Below, in pieces: positions 46,131 through 54,831 of a stretch of DNA of 64,000 nt. Each line of letters starts with the position of its first letter. Position 1 is the first letter of the stretch. A program made the translations under genes and the position numbers. Source of the DNA: a virus (lineage: Duplodnaviria; Caudoviricetes); the IMG/VR virus record IMGVR_UViG_3300025018_000093; one strand, 5' to 3'. The notes beneath the pieces are model-generated. The model did not search any database. It worked only from the letters and a program-made list of their open reading frames with translations, and was not told the DNA's origin.

Positions 46131-46827
46131 CACCACAACCGAGATGCGGTCTTGGTTGCAGGAGAACCTGTCTCGCTTTTCCCTTTCCGAAGAGGTCGAG
46201 GAGTATCTCTTGGGCCGGGGGGCAAAGGAGGAGTCCTACAGGGAGTTGGAAATTAAGACCTGGGCTGCGTCCAGCTCTCCTGCACCTTGCAAGGATTTCC
46301 GTGCGAGGTATGGGGACCGAGGAGAGAAACTGCGAGGGTGTCTCGTCACCCCGTACCACTCCCCCTCGGGAAGTCTGATTGGGTTTGAGGCCCGCAGGAC
46401 CACCCAGAAATGGATCACAGACTACCGTCTCATGCCGGAGTGCAAGTGGCTTCCTGTGTGGCTAGGTACACGGAGAGCCATCCCAAAGCTCTGGGATGGT
46501 GGTGAGGTGTGGATTGTGGAGGGGTTGTTTGACCTTTTCGCGATGGAGTGGGTCATACCAAGCACGGATGCGATCTTGGCGTCTGTGCGCGCAGCCCTCA
46601 GTTACTCCCATGTGCAGTTCTTGCGGAGGCTTTCCACGAAGTACGTGCACATGGTGTACGATGAGGACAGTACCGGGAGAGATGGAAATGAGAAGGCCAT
46701 TTTTTCCCTAGATCGCGTAGGTGTGCCGGGGGGTGTTGTGCGCTACTGTGGCGGAAAAGACCCCGGAGAGATTTGGGATAGAGGCGGAGAAGAAGGTCTC
46801 CTCCTCTCTTTCAGCAACATGAGGTGA
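46120..46827 (+). CDS. TOPRIM primase-like protein without a zinc-binding domain
   Basis: YLLGRG, IVEGLFD, VYDEDSTG, KDPGE. Confidence 0.8.
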   Translation: MGADTTTEMRSWLQENLSRFSLSEEVEEYLLGRGAKEESYRELEIKTWAASSSPAPCKDFRARYGDRGEKLRGCLVTPYHSPSGSLIGFEARRTTQKWITDYRLMPECKWLPVWLGTRRAIPKLWDGGEVWIVEGLFDLFAMEWVIPSTDAILASVRAALSYSHVQFLRRLSTKYVHMVYDEDSTGRDGNEKAIFSLDRVGVPGGVVRYCGGKDPGEIWDRGGEEGLLLSFSNMR

Positions 46828-46830
46828 ATC

Positions 46831-47451
46831 ATGGATCTTTGGCTTGCAGGACCCGAGACGAGGAAGCTGTTGGAGAAGGCTATTGCGGAGTGGCACCCGC
46901 ATTTGGCGGACATTGATGCGAAGATTGCCATCTTGATGCGGGATCCCGCATCCAAGTCAGGTGGTGTCGTTTGTCTGGGAGATGCTAAGAAGGCGTCTCC
47001 CATGCTTCGCGCCCTCGGGAAGGAAGACTACATCTTCATCCTGGAGATCGCCGCCAATGAGTGGCAGGAGCTGGATGACAAGCAAAGGTTGGCCCTGATC
47101 GATCACCTGCTGTGCCAGTGTGGAGCAGTCGAGGACGAGAAGAAGGGGACCACGTACACTATCCTGAAGCCAGAGATTCAGCTGTTCAAGGCGAACCTCC
47201 GACGCTTCGGGGTTTGGATGGACATCTCCGATGAAGAGGATGATGGGGACCACGCGGCTACGACCATTGAGGACATGTTCAGTCGGGAGGCCGTGGCCAA
47301 GAGAAAGGGCAAGTCGGATGACACTCAAGTCACAATCGAGGCTGCGGGAAGTTCTGTCACGTTGACAGGGGAAGACTTCCAGGGCATCTCGAAAAAGATC
47401 AGGGGTCTCTCGAAGAAGCTGGGAAAGAGCAAGGATGACCCGGAAGAGTGA
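46831..47451 (+). CDS. phage metallopeptidase-like protein with a degenerate HExxH
   Basis: GDAKKAS...FILEIAANEW...LALIDHLLCQC. Confidence 0.55.
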   Translation: MDLWLAGPETRKLLEKAIAEWHPHLADIDAKIAILMRDPASKSGGVVCLGDAKKASPMLRALGKEDYIFILEIAANEWQELDDKQRLALIDHLLCQCGAVEDEKKGTTYTILKPEIQLFKANLRRFGVWMDISDEEDDGDHAATTIEDMFSREAVAKRKGKSDDTQVTIEAAGSSVTLTGEDFQGISKKIRGLSKKLGKSKDDPEE

Positions 47452-47546
47452 TCTCCCTGCGCGGACCATTCCGCGCCATTAGGCGCACGATCCTCGCATT
47501 TCACAGTCATGGCGAGGTGCCCCCTGTGGGGCGAGGAAACTGACGT

Positions 47547-49190
47547 ATGAGCTGGGACACTAAATATCGTCCAGTCACCTACGCTGATGTGTTGGGTCAG
47601 GAAGCTACAATCAGCATCCTGCGTCAGATCGTGAAGTCCAAGCGGGGTTTCCACCAGAGTTATCTGTTCACGGGACCCTTTGGTACCGGGAAGACAACGC
47701 TGGGTCGGATTCTTGCCCGAGCCCTCCTGTGCTCTGAGGCACGGGAGGGTAACCCCTGCGATGAGTGCCCCTCCTGTATGGAGATGCTTCGAAAGGGGAG
47801 CACGGAGTGCTTCACGGAGGTTGATGCTGCCACGAATAGCGGCAAGGAAGGCATTCGGCGTATCCTGGAGACTATCGAGTTTGGTACGTTCAGCGGAAAG
47901 CAACGGATCTACTTGTTTGACGAAAGCCATCAGCTCTCTCGGGATGCGCTGGATGCGCTTCTGAAGCCGCTGGAGGATACCCGAGGGGACACCGGGGAAC
48001 GCAAACTGGTCTGCATCTTCTGCACCACGGAACCCGAAAAGATGCGGGAGACAATTGGTTCGCGATGTGGCCCCACCTTCGCTGTTCATACGGTCCCTAC
48101 AGAGAAGACTGCAGCTCGACTTGCAGAGATATGCCAGAGGGAGGATGTCCCCTTTGAGTCCGAAGCTCTGGTCCGGGTAGCCGAGAGTGTAGAAGGGCAC
48201 ATTCGAGATGCCTTCAAAGCGTGTGAAATGCTTTCGATGCAGGGAGGGATCACCCTTGCGAACGTCGAGTACTATCTCGGGCATGACCTGAATCGTTTGT
48301 ATCTATCGATCTTCGAGGGCTTGCAGGGGGAGATTTCTTCCGTCATGAACACCCTCGAACAGCTTTTAATTCGAGTTTCTCCGGCTGTGATCTACGAAAA
48401 ACTTGCCAAGGTTGCGATGTTAGCCTACAAATTAGGGTTGGGGATCAGTAAGGTCCCTTCCTACTGGGAAGCTGGGAGGTTACGGCAAATCGGAGCGAAG
48501 TACGGGGGTACCCTACTTGATCTTGCTGAAATGTTTAGCTCTCGCCCTAGGCACCCCTCGAAGGATATGCTCCGATGTGATCTTCTGTCTGTGCATCGCC
48601 GCCTCCAGAGTGGTATTCAATTAAAGTACGTGGAGTCCTCTCCTCTCGCTTCGGCAGGGGAGGTTGTTCTTTCACAACCTGAGACAACCCGAGTGCAGGT
48701 AGCGATAAGCGCGGAGCCGCAGGTGAAGTCTGCAGTCCCGGCCTCGGCAGCGGTTCCTTCTCCCCAGGTGAGTCCCTCTCCTGGGGAGGAAGGTGCCCTC
48801 CGGAAGCCTTCTCTCTTGCCAATACCCTCCGACCAGAGTAGCAATTTCCTGACTACTAGTGGGGTTTACAACCCACCGTGGGGGCAGAGTAAAAGTCGGA
48901 TCGAGGCTATCAAGCGTTTGGAAAACGGTGGCATTGTTTCCAAGGACAGTCCGGTCACGTCTGCTCCGCAGAGTGCTCAGAGCTTTTCTCAACCCCGCGC
49001 TCAGGAAGTCGCTACAGAAACCGCGAGCGAGTTGCCGGCAAACTTGTTTTGCTCTCTCGTAAACGCACTTTCGTCTGAGTTGAGCAAGAGTGGGAAAAAG
49101 CAAAGATCCCAGCATGAAGAGGCCGACAGCCAAGCAGTTCTTCGACCCCCTGGTGAAGGTCCTGGGGAGGTTGACGGACTACCGTGCTGA
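47547..49190 (+). CDS. dnaX: DNA polymerase III gamma/tau-like clamp-loader ATPase
   Basis: KYRPVTYADVLGQ, GPFGTGKTT, CDECPSC, EVDAATNSG, FDESH, TIGSRC. Confidence 0.92.
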   Translation: MSWDTKYRPVTYADVLGQEATISILRQIVKSKRGFHQSYLFTGPFGTGKTTLGRILARALLCSEAREGNPCDECPSCMEMLRKGSTECFTEVDAATNSGKEGIRRILETIEFGTFSGKQRIYLFDESHQLSRDALDALLKPLEDTRGDTGERKLVCIFCTTEPEKMRETIGSRCGPTFAVHTVPTEKTAARLAEICQREDVPFESEALVRVAESVEGHIRDAFKACEMLSMQGGITLANVEYYLGHDLNRLYLSIFEGLQGEISSVMNTLEQLLIRVSPAVIYEKLAKVAMLAYKLGLGISKVPSYWEAGRLRQIGAKYGGTLLDLAEMFSSRPRHPSKDMLRCDLLSVHRRLQSGIQLKYVESSPLASAGEVVLSQPETTRVQVAISAEPQVKSAVPASAAVPSPQVSPSPGEEGALRKPSLLPIPSDQSSNFLTTSGVYNPPWGQSKSRIEAIKRLENGGIVSKDSPVTSAPQSAQSFSQPRAQEVATETASELPANLFCSLVNALSSELSKSGKKQRSQHEEADSQAVLRPPGEGPGEVDGLPC

Positions 49191-50106
49191 GGTAGGGGTA
49201 CCCTGCGCCCAGGTTCTGGATCAAGTTCTAGCGGAGGTGGGGGTTGATCCGGTACAAAGCCCCTGGCCGCTTACAGGCTCGGCTCCACTGGGTCTATACA
49301 GAATCATTGGGTTTGCCTACCGCAACCAGAGACCCAACATTGAGACCTCCAGGTACACGGGGAAGCGTTCATCCTTGTGCATGGACTTTGGTCGCGGTAT
49401 CTGGGGGCTCACACATAGCGGGGTGGAGAGATCCCGAGAATTAGCCAATGTTGTTCTTCCCAGGCTTCTCTCGGACCTGCACCCGGAAACCAGCGGTGAC
49501 CTTGACCCAGAGTTGATACCCGAGAGGGAGCCCGAGCAGGATACCCGAGATGCTTTGACATGGGTGGTGCTTGAGCTATCTTACCTGGGAGAGATCAAGG
49601 TGATGGATGGCTCCCTTGAGCAAGCTCTCCGTCGTTCCCTGCGCTTGGATGCAAATCATCCTATCTTCATCCCGGCAACTTCCTATTGTCGAAATGACCG
49701 CGTGGTGACCCTCCAGCTCATGGAGGGTTACGTGTTTGTGGGGGCCGGTCTTGATGAGGTGGAGTACTTTACGCTGGAGCGGACAGGTTACGTAAAGCAG
49801 GTCATGTCCGTCATTGGGCCAAACGGGATGCGTGTCTTGCACACAATCCCGAACCGCAATGTTGAGGATATGCAGCGGAAGCTGCGTAGCATGGCAATGC
49901 TGGATGTGAATCCTGGAGATCAGGTGAAGGTAGTTGAGGGGAAGTATGCGGGACTTCTGATGGAAGTTCTTTTCGTTGAGGAAGAGTATGTCATTCTGCA
50001 GACAAGTGGTTTGAGATCCCTCAGCGTGATCACACGCCTGCCAAAGATGTTCATGGCTCTGGATAAGACAGAAGAAGAGATGTGGGAGGGGGAGGATGAA
50101 CTCTGA
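49114..50106 (+). CDS. nusG: NusG paralogue (NGN+KOW) with an N-terminal winged-helix (Mrr_N-like) domain
   Basis: WVVLEL, IFIP, LMEGYVFV, GDQVKVVEGKYAG; N-terminus GRGIWGLTHSG. Confidence 0.8.
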   Translation: MKRPTAKQFFDPLVKVLGRLTDYRAEVGVPCAQVLDQVLAEVGVDPVQSPWPLTGSAPLGLYRIIGFAYRNQRPNIETSRYTGKRSSLCMDFGRGIWGLTHSGVERSRELANVVLPRLLSDLHPETSGDLDPELIPEREPEQDTRDALTWVVLELSYLGEIKVMDGSLEQALRRSLRLDANHPIFIPATSYCRNDRVVTLQLMEGYVFVGAGLDEVEYFTLERTGYVKQVMSVIGPNGMRVLHTIPNRNVEDMQRKLRSMAMLDVNPGDQVKVVEGKYAGLLMEVLFVEEEYVILQTSGLRSLSVITRLPKMFMALDKTEEEMWEGEDEL

Positions 50107-50707
50107 ACTGTGGCCCGGACATCACATGGTGGACCCTTCGGTAATGGACTCTCGATTTTCAACGCAGGATGGAATGCAGTACATGGACTCTATCTTCGAG
50201 GAGACCTCGGAGGAGAGCCAAGAGATGATTGAGAGGATACGGGGTATCCTGGATCTTCTCCCCGCTCGTGAAGCGGACTTCATTGACCTGTACTACTTCA
50301 ACCGGCTCAAGCAGACGGCTATCGCCAGGATTTTTCGTTGCAGCCAGCCGACAGTGTGCTACCGGCTGCAGCGGGCAGCAGCTCGTATCCAATTCCTGCT
50401 GGAGCTTCCAGACGTCAGCTCGGCTTCCGTTGAGGTGGCCATGCGATCCTTCCTCAGCAATGAGGTTGACATCAAGATCATGGTCTTGATGTTTGAGACG
50501 ACATGCCAATCTGAGGCTGCAAAACAGTTGGGTATTAGTCAAGGGAAAGTTCGTCACAGGTTCATGCGGTCCCTGGAAAAGATGCGGGGCGTGGAAGAAC
50601 TGTCTGTGTTTGTTACCCTTTTCAACAAGATATCCGAGAACTTGAATATCCTTCGAGAGGTTTGCCGCTCTTCCACGGAAGAGCCTGTCACTCACATTGT
50701 GGACTAG
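50096..50707 (+). CDS. protein with two sigma region 4-like HTH domains
   Basis: LPAREADFIDLYY...QTAIARIFRCSQPTVCYRL and QSEAAKQLGISQGKVRHRF. Confidence 0.75.
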   Translation: MNSELWPGHHMVDPSVMDSRFSTQDGMQYMDSIFEETSEESQEMIERIRGILDLLPAREADFIDLYYFNRLKQTAIARIFRCSQPTVCYRLQRAAARIQFLLELPDVSSASVEVAMRSFLSNEVDIKIMVLMFETTCQSEAAKQLGISQGKVRHRFMRSLEKMRGVEELSVFVTLFNKISENLNILREVCRSSTEEPVTHIVD

Positions 50708-50715
50708 CCGTGCGT

Positions 50716-50743
50716 TAGAAATCCTATCAGACCCTCAAGGTAG
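50716..50743 (+). promoter_or_regulatory. candidate phage promoter motif TAR-N5-CWAT-N13-TAG
   Basis: TAG aaatc CTAT cagaccctcaagg TAG at the head of the structural gene block. Confidence 0.4.
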
Positions 50744-50783
50744 AGTCGGACTACCCCCGACGCTACTCTGTCTGGTAGAAAAA

Positions 50784-51086
50784 ATGGCAAGACCATCCAT
50801 ACAACGTGTTGTGCTGTCACGGGATCTTGCTCGCAGGTGGCTACAGGATAAGGGGAAGGCGGAGCACCGCCTCCGCATTTTTGGTAGCCAGGTGCGAAAC
50901 CTCCCAGGATTGCTCCGGTCACTACGGGACAGTCGTGTCCGTATTGCGGGGATCGAATCTTTGCCTGATCTCGGTATCCAGGAGGGTTTTGACATCGTAA
51001 CCGTATGGTCCTCCGATTACCGTGCTCTTCGCTCTCTCCAGGCATGGGTAGAGCACAAGGGTATGGAGACGTCAGGAGTCTGGTAA
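50784..51086 (+). CDS. hypothetical protein
   Basis: first ORF of a tightly coupled block. Confidence 0.7.
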   Translation: MARPSIQRVVLSRDLARRWLQDKGKAEHRLRIFGSQVRNLPGLLRSLRDSRVRIAGIESLPDLGIQEGFDIVTVWSSDYRALRSLQAWVEHKGMETSGVW

Positions 51087-51087
51087 C

Positions 51088-51516
51088 ATGGCGCTGACCC
51101 GAGTTCAAACAGTTCTGACGTATCAGTCCGGGGGAGGTGGAGTATTCTATCGTTTTGATGTTGTCCAAGATCAACTCGGGAACAGGTCTGTGCGTAACAT
51201 ACGCACTCCCCAAGGGTTGATCGTGGACTCTCTTACAGGTCTTCCGCAGACCGTGGTGAGCGACATCCAGACGGCCCTTGGACAGTTGGGGGACCTCGTG
51301 GCACAGACAAGTGCAGTCAATGGAAATCTCTCCTACACAGGAGAGACTACGCAGTCGGTGGTCTTTGCGACACCTTTCCTGAGCACGAGCTATCGTGTCC
51401 TGGTGAGTGTTGGGGACTTCATCGCTTGGCGGATCGTGAACAAAACCCTCAACGGGTTCGATATCGAATTGGCCAGCACCTACACAGGCGCTATTGGCTA
51501 TGACGTGTTCGTGTGA
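51088..51516 (+). CDS. probable virion protein with a C-terminal beta-sandwich
   Basis: SVVFATPF..SYRV..KTLNGFDI. Confidence 0.6.
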   Translation: MALTRVQTVLTYQSGGGGVFYRFDVVQDQLGNRSVRNIRTPQGLIVDSLTGLPQTVVSDIQTALGQLGDLVAQTSAVNGNLSYTGETTQSVVFATPFLSTSYRVLVSVGDFIAWRIVNKTLNGFDIELASTYTGAIGYDVFV

Positions 51517-51524
51517 GGTGATGC

Positions 51525-52733
51525 ATGGCTCAGGGACCGCTACAGATTGATGCTATCCGGGTGGAGCCCGGATTCTTTGGAACTCGCACCATCGACCGGG
51601 ACAGCTCGGGTTCTCTCCGTTTCACGGACCCCGATGTACCAGGTGGAATTACGTTGGCAGGGCTTGCGGGACTCCGGTCAGTGGCCTCCATCCTGGTAGT
51701 GGGGAAAGGGGGTCCCGGTGCACAGTACGACACTCTGCAAGCAGCTGTGGATGCTGTACCACCGACGTCTAGCTTGACGGCGCCCACTCTCATCCTGGTT
51801 GGTCCTGGGTTGTATCAGGAGAATCTGGTCATCGAGAAGGATGGGGTGTGGATTGTAGGGTTGGGGGGTGTGGTCATCGAGGCTGCCGTTGCGGACCCTA
51901 CTCTTACCATCCAAGCATCTGTGACAGTTACTCCTCAGTGGTGTCGTCTCCAGAACCTACGGGTTCTGAATGCTAATGCTGGAGAGTCGTGCGTTTCTGT
52001 GCTAGGTGGCGTGGGAAGTGAGGTAGGTGCCCAGGAGATCAGCCTGATCGACTGTGACTTGGTGGCCAGCGGGGCGAGTTCCATACAGGTTCTGGCAGAC
52101 ACCATCAACAACCTTCGGGTGATGGGTGGGACTTTCGAGGGGAGCGCTTCCACATCTCTTGTGAGGGCGACGAATTGTCATCAGGTTTCCCTGTCTTCCA
52201 TTGAGAAGCTGTTCAATCTGCAACTCGACTACAACACAGCAAATCCCACACCCGATCAGGTGGGGTGCTCCTACACAGCTAAGAACTCCACGCTCTGGGG
52301 AAACATCCTCTCCACCCTCATCGGGACAGGAACTTTGGAGCTGGGGTCGCTGCTGGCGCCGACAACTGCGGGTGACCTGACTGTCAATGGGGATGGCTCT
52401 GGGAGCTTCCGTGCGGCCGGATGCCGGCTTCGGAACCTATCCCTGAATGGTTCTGCCCCCCTCACACTTGCGAGCTGTACACGGGGCTCTGCTGCGGGAT
52501 CTGGCACTCTGGCTGAGGACATCCAAGAGGGTACAGCATCCTTTTCGGCGGCTAGTAGCAAATCCGTAGTCTTCGGAGTACCGCAACCCGATGCCAACTA
52601 CACGGTTCATCCTGAGACAGAGTTGACATCTGTGATCAGCGTCACAAGTAAGACTGCCGCAGGTTTTACGCTGGGTTTCAGTACCCCGCAGACTACCACG
52701 GTGAGCTACAAGATTCTGCGGAGGGCTTTGTAG
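51525..52733 (+). CDS. pectin-lyase-like beta-helix virion/fibre protein
   Basis: VGKGGPGAQYDTLQAAVDA, ILVGPGLYQENLVI, beta-helix repeats. Confidence 0.7.
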   Translation: MAQGPLQIDAIRVEPGFFGTRTIDRDSSGSLRFTDPDVPGGITLAGLAGLRSVASILVVGKGGPGAQYDTLQAAVDAVPPTSSLTAPTLILVGPGLYQENLVIEKDGVWIVGLGGVVIEAAVADPTLTIQASVTVTPQWCRLQNLRVLNANAGESCVSVLGGVGSEVGAQEISLIDCDLVASGASSIQVLADTINNLRVMGGTFEGSASTSLVRATNCHQVSLSSIEKLFNLQLDYNTANPTPDQVGCSYTAKNSTLWGNILSTLIGTGTLELGSLLAPTTAGDLTVNGDGSGSFRAAGCRLRNLSLNGSAPLTLASCTRGSAAGSGTLAEDIQEGTASFSAASSKSVVFGVPQPDANYTVHPETELTSVISVTSKTAAGFTLGFSTPQTTTVSYKILRRAL

Positions 52734-52734
52734 G

Positions 52735-53625
52735 ATGCTGACGACACAGGAATCAGCTCGAAGAGTTCTGGATCGTTACGTCTTGCGGACAGTTGTGCGC
52801 GGGATCTGCGCTTCAGGGGACTTTCGTACACGCCTATCGTCTTTGCAGGACCTTACTCCAGACGTGATGGAGGCATTCGGAGAGGCCTTCCTTCTTTCGA
52901 TGGTTCGCCCCAGCACAAGGGTTGCTCTTCTTGGAGGGCTCGGCGGGAAAATCAAGAAGCTCTGGGATCTTTTCAAGAAGGCTCCTCAGCTTTGGACGCA
53001 GATTAAAGAGTTCCTGGGTATCCAGGGGTTGACTGACATCCCCAAGCGGATCAAGGAGTGGGCGAAGAAGGGGATGGACGCCTTGAAGAAGGGTCTGCAT
53101 GCAGTGATCGTGCAGAACCCTGTCGCGGCCTTGTATGTTGTTCCGCATAAGAAGATGCCGGGCGTGACGAACATGCTGACCCAGATCAGGAATGCACACC
53201 CTAAGTTGCAAGCTATCCTGGATAAGGTCCACACCAGCATTGTGGATCCCATAGACAAGGTCCTTGCCGAGAGCAAGCTCCTGCGCACGGCAGCTCGCCC
53301 TGTGTTGGCCGCGATTTTCATCTGGGTCTGGCTCCATGTGGTAGAGATATCCTGGGACTTGCACGACTTAGTTCGTGGGTTCACGGGGGCTATTACTTTT
53401 GGGGAACTTCTGCAGTCTCTTCCTGAGTCTGGTGTCGGTTTGCTGCTTTCAGTTTTGTTTCCAGGGCTGGGGACATTCGCGTTACTCCCCCTCACGCTAA
53501 TTGCTCGTGTCCTCTATTTGTTGGCGAAGAAGGTCCTTGTTTGGGTGAAGGGTAAGGGGTTCCTTGTTGACTGGACCAAACTCGGCAAGCCGGAGCAAGG
53601 TCGTGAGCTGGTTCCTGTTTTCTAG
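52735..53625 (+). CDS. membrane protein
   Basis: two hydrophobic C-terminal segments. Confidence 0.7.
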   Translation: MLTTQESARRVLDRYVLRTVVRGICASGDFRTRLSSLQDLTPDVMEAFGEAFLLSMVRPSTRVALLGGLGGKIKKLWDLFKKAPQLWTQIKEFLGIQGLTDIPKRIKEWAKKGMDALKKGLHAVIVQNPVAALYVVPHKKMPGVTNMLTQIRNAHPKLQAILDKVHTSIVDPIDKVLAESKLLRTAARPVLAAIFIWVWLHVVEISWDLHDLVRGFTGAITFGELLQSLPESGVGLLLSVLFPGLGTFALLPLTLIARVLYLLAKKVLVWVKGKGFLVDWTKLGKPEQGRELVPVF

Positions 53626-53636
53626 GGGAAGTATCG

Positions 53637-54224
53637 ATGAAAGACCTATGGGAACGTGTAGCAGAGGGTGACGCTCTATTTGGAGAGGGCACCACGATTG
53701 ACTCTGCCCTAGGCGAGGACGGTGCCTATCTACGGTTTGCTGCCTCTTTGCCACCAGAGAGGGCCAAGAGGAAGAACATGCGGAACGAAGATTGGCTCGG
53801 AAAAAGGCCAGCAGCAGGAACCCGTGTCGCGTTTGCGGATACACTGGAAGCTATCCTGACTTACCCCGACTTCCCGTCCCCCGGGATTGGAAGCACCAAG
53901 GCAGAGGGCAGCATCATTGCTGTGCGTACCAGTTCCGGCGACACGACCTCCAGAGGTGGCCGTGTCTACGTGCAGTGGGATGATGGAAAGGTACGCGCGG
54001 TTGCGCATGAACACCTTCGTCCTGCCTCGGGTCGTCTTCGCATGGCCAACAGCTTCCGCAGAAAGGTGGCTGGTCTGGGTGACCTTACGGACTTCCTTCG
54101 CAGCAGCGAAACAGACCTGGTGCACAAATCCACAAAGGATCTGTGGAGCCTGCGAAAGGAAGGGGAGCAGTACGTCATCGAGCGTATGTTCGATGCCAGC
54201 GGGGATCCCCTGAAGGGAGTCTAA
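53637..54224 (+). CDS. hypothetical protein (SH3-like segment)
   Basis: GRVYVQWDDGKV. Confidence 0.7.
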   Translation: MKDLWERVAEGDALFGEGTTIDSALGEDGAYLRFAASLPPERAKRKNMRNEDWLGKRPAAGTRVAFADTLEAILTYPDFPSPGIGSTKAEGSIIAVRTSSGDTTSRGGRVYVQWDDGKVRAVAHEHLRPASGRLRMANSFRRKVAGLGDLTDFLRSSETDLVHKSTKDLWSLRKEGEQYVIERMFDASGDPLKGV

Positions 54225-54225
54225 C

Positions 54226-54831
54226 ATGAAGAAGCCTGATGCCAGAAAAGTGATTGCGGCATACTTGGCGGGTTTGACTTCCGTTGAGGGACTTTGGCAC
54301 CTCAATCGAGGACACCTAGCGCTGCAAGAGTTGCAACGCCGTCCGAAGACAGCAGGAGAAGTCCGTCACGTCAAGGACAACTCGGGGGATGCATCCACCT
54401 GGGCGTACTCTACGCACAATCCTGTTGACCGAGAGATGGACCCCAAGTTTGACTGGGATCCTCGGATGGCGGAGGACCTGGCTTTGGTTTTGCGCTCCAC
54501 CGTGGCTTCAATGGGTCACGCGATCAGCGCACAGAACAAGTTTGCGCAGATCAAATCTCGTAACGTGAGTCCAGATGGTCGTCTTGGGGGGCGTGGGTAT
54601 GTCCAGCGTGTGGCTGACATGCGGCGTCAATACTTCAACATCGTGGAGGCGCTCTCCTCTTTGCAAGACACCCTGTATGATGAAGTGCACGCTCCGCACT
54701 GGGCTATTTTCAGTCGCGAGATGGATGAGGACACACAGGAAGTTCTGGAGCAGACAGACGACATGCGAAAGGATCCTAGCGGGTGGGCCGACGAGGAGCT
54801 TGACGAGGATCTTGAGGAGGAGTTGGCCTGA
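54226..54831 (+). CDS. hypothetical protein
   Basis: coupled ORF, acidic tail. Confidence 0.75.
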   Translation: MKKPDARKVIAAYLAGLTSVEGLWHLNRGHLALQELQRRPKTAGEVRHVKDNSGDASTWAYSTHNPVDREMDPKFDWDPRMAEDLALVLRSTVASMGHAISAQNKFAQIKSRNVSPDGRLGGRGYVQRVADMRRQYFNIVEALSSLQDTLYDEVHAPHWAIFSREMDEDTQEVLEQTDDMRKDPSGWADEELDEDLEEELA

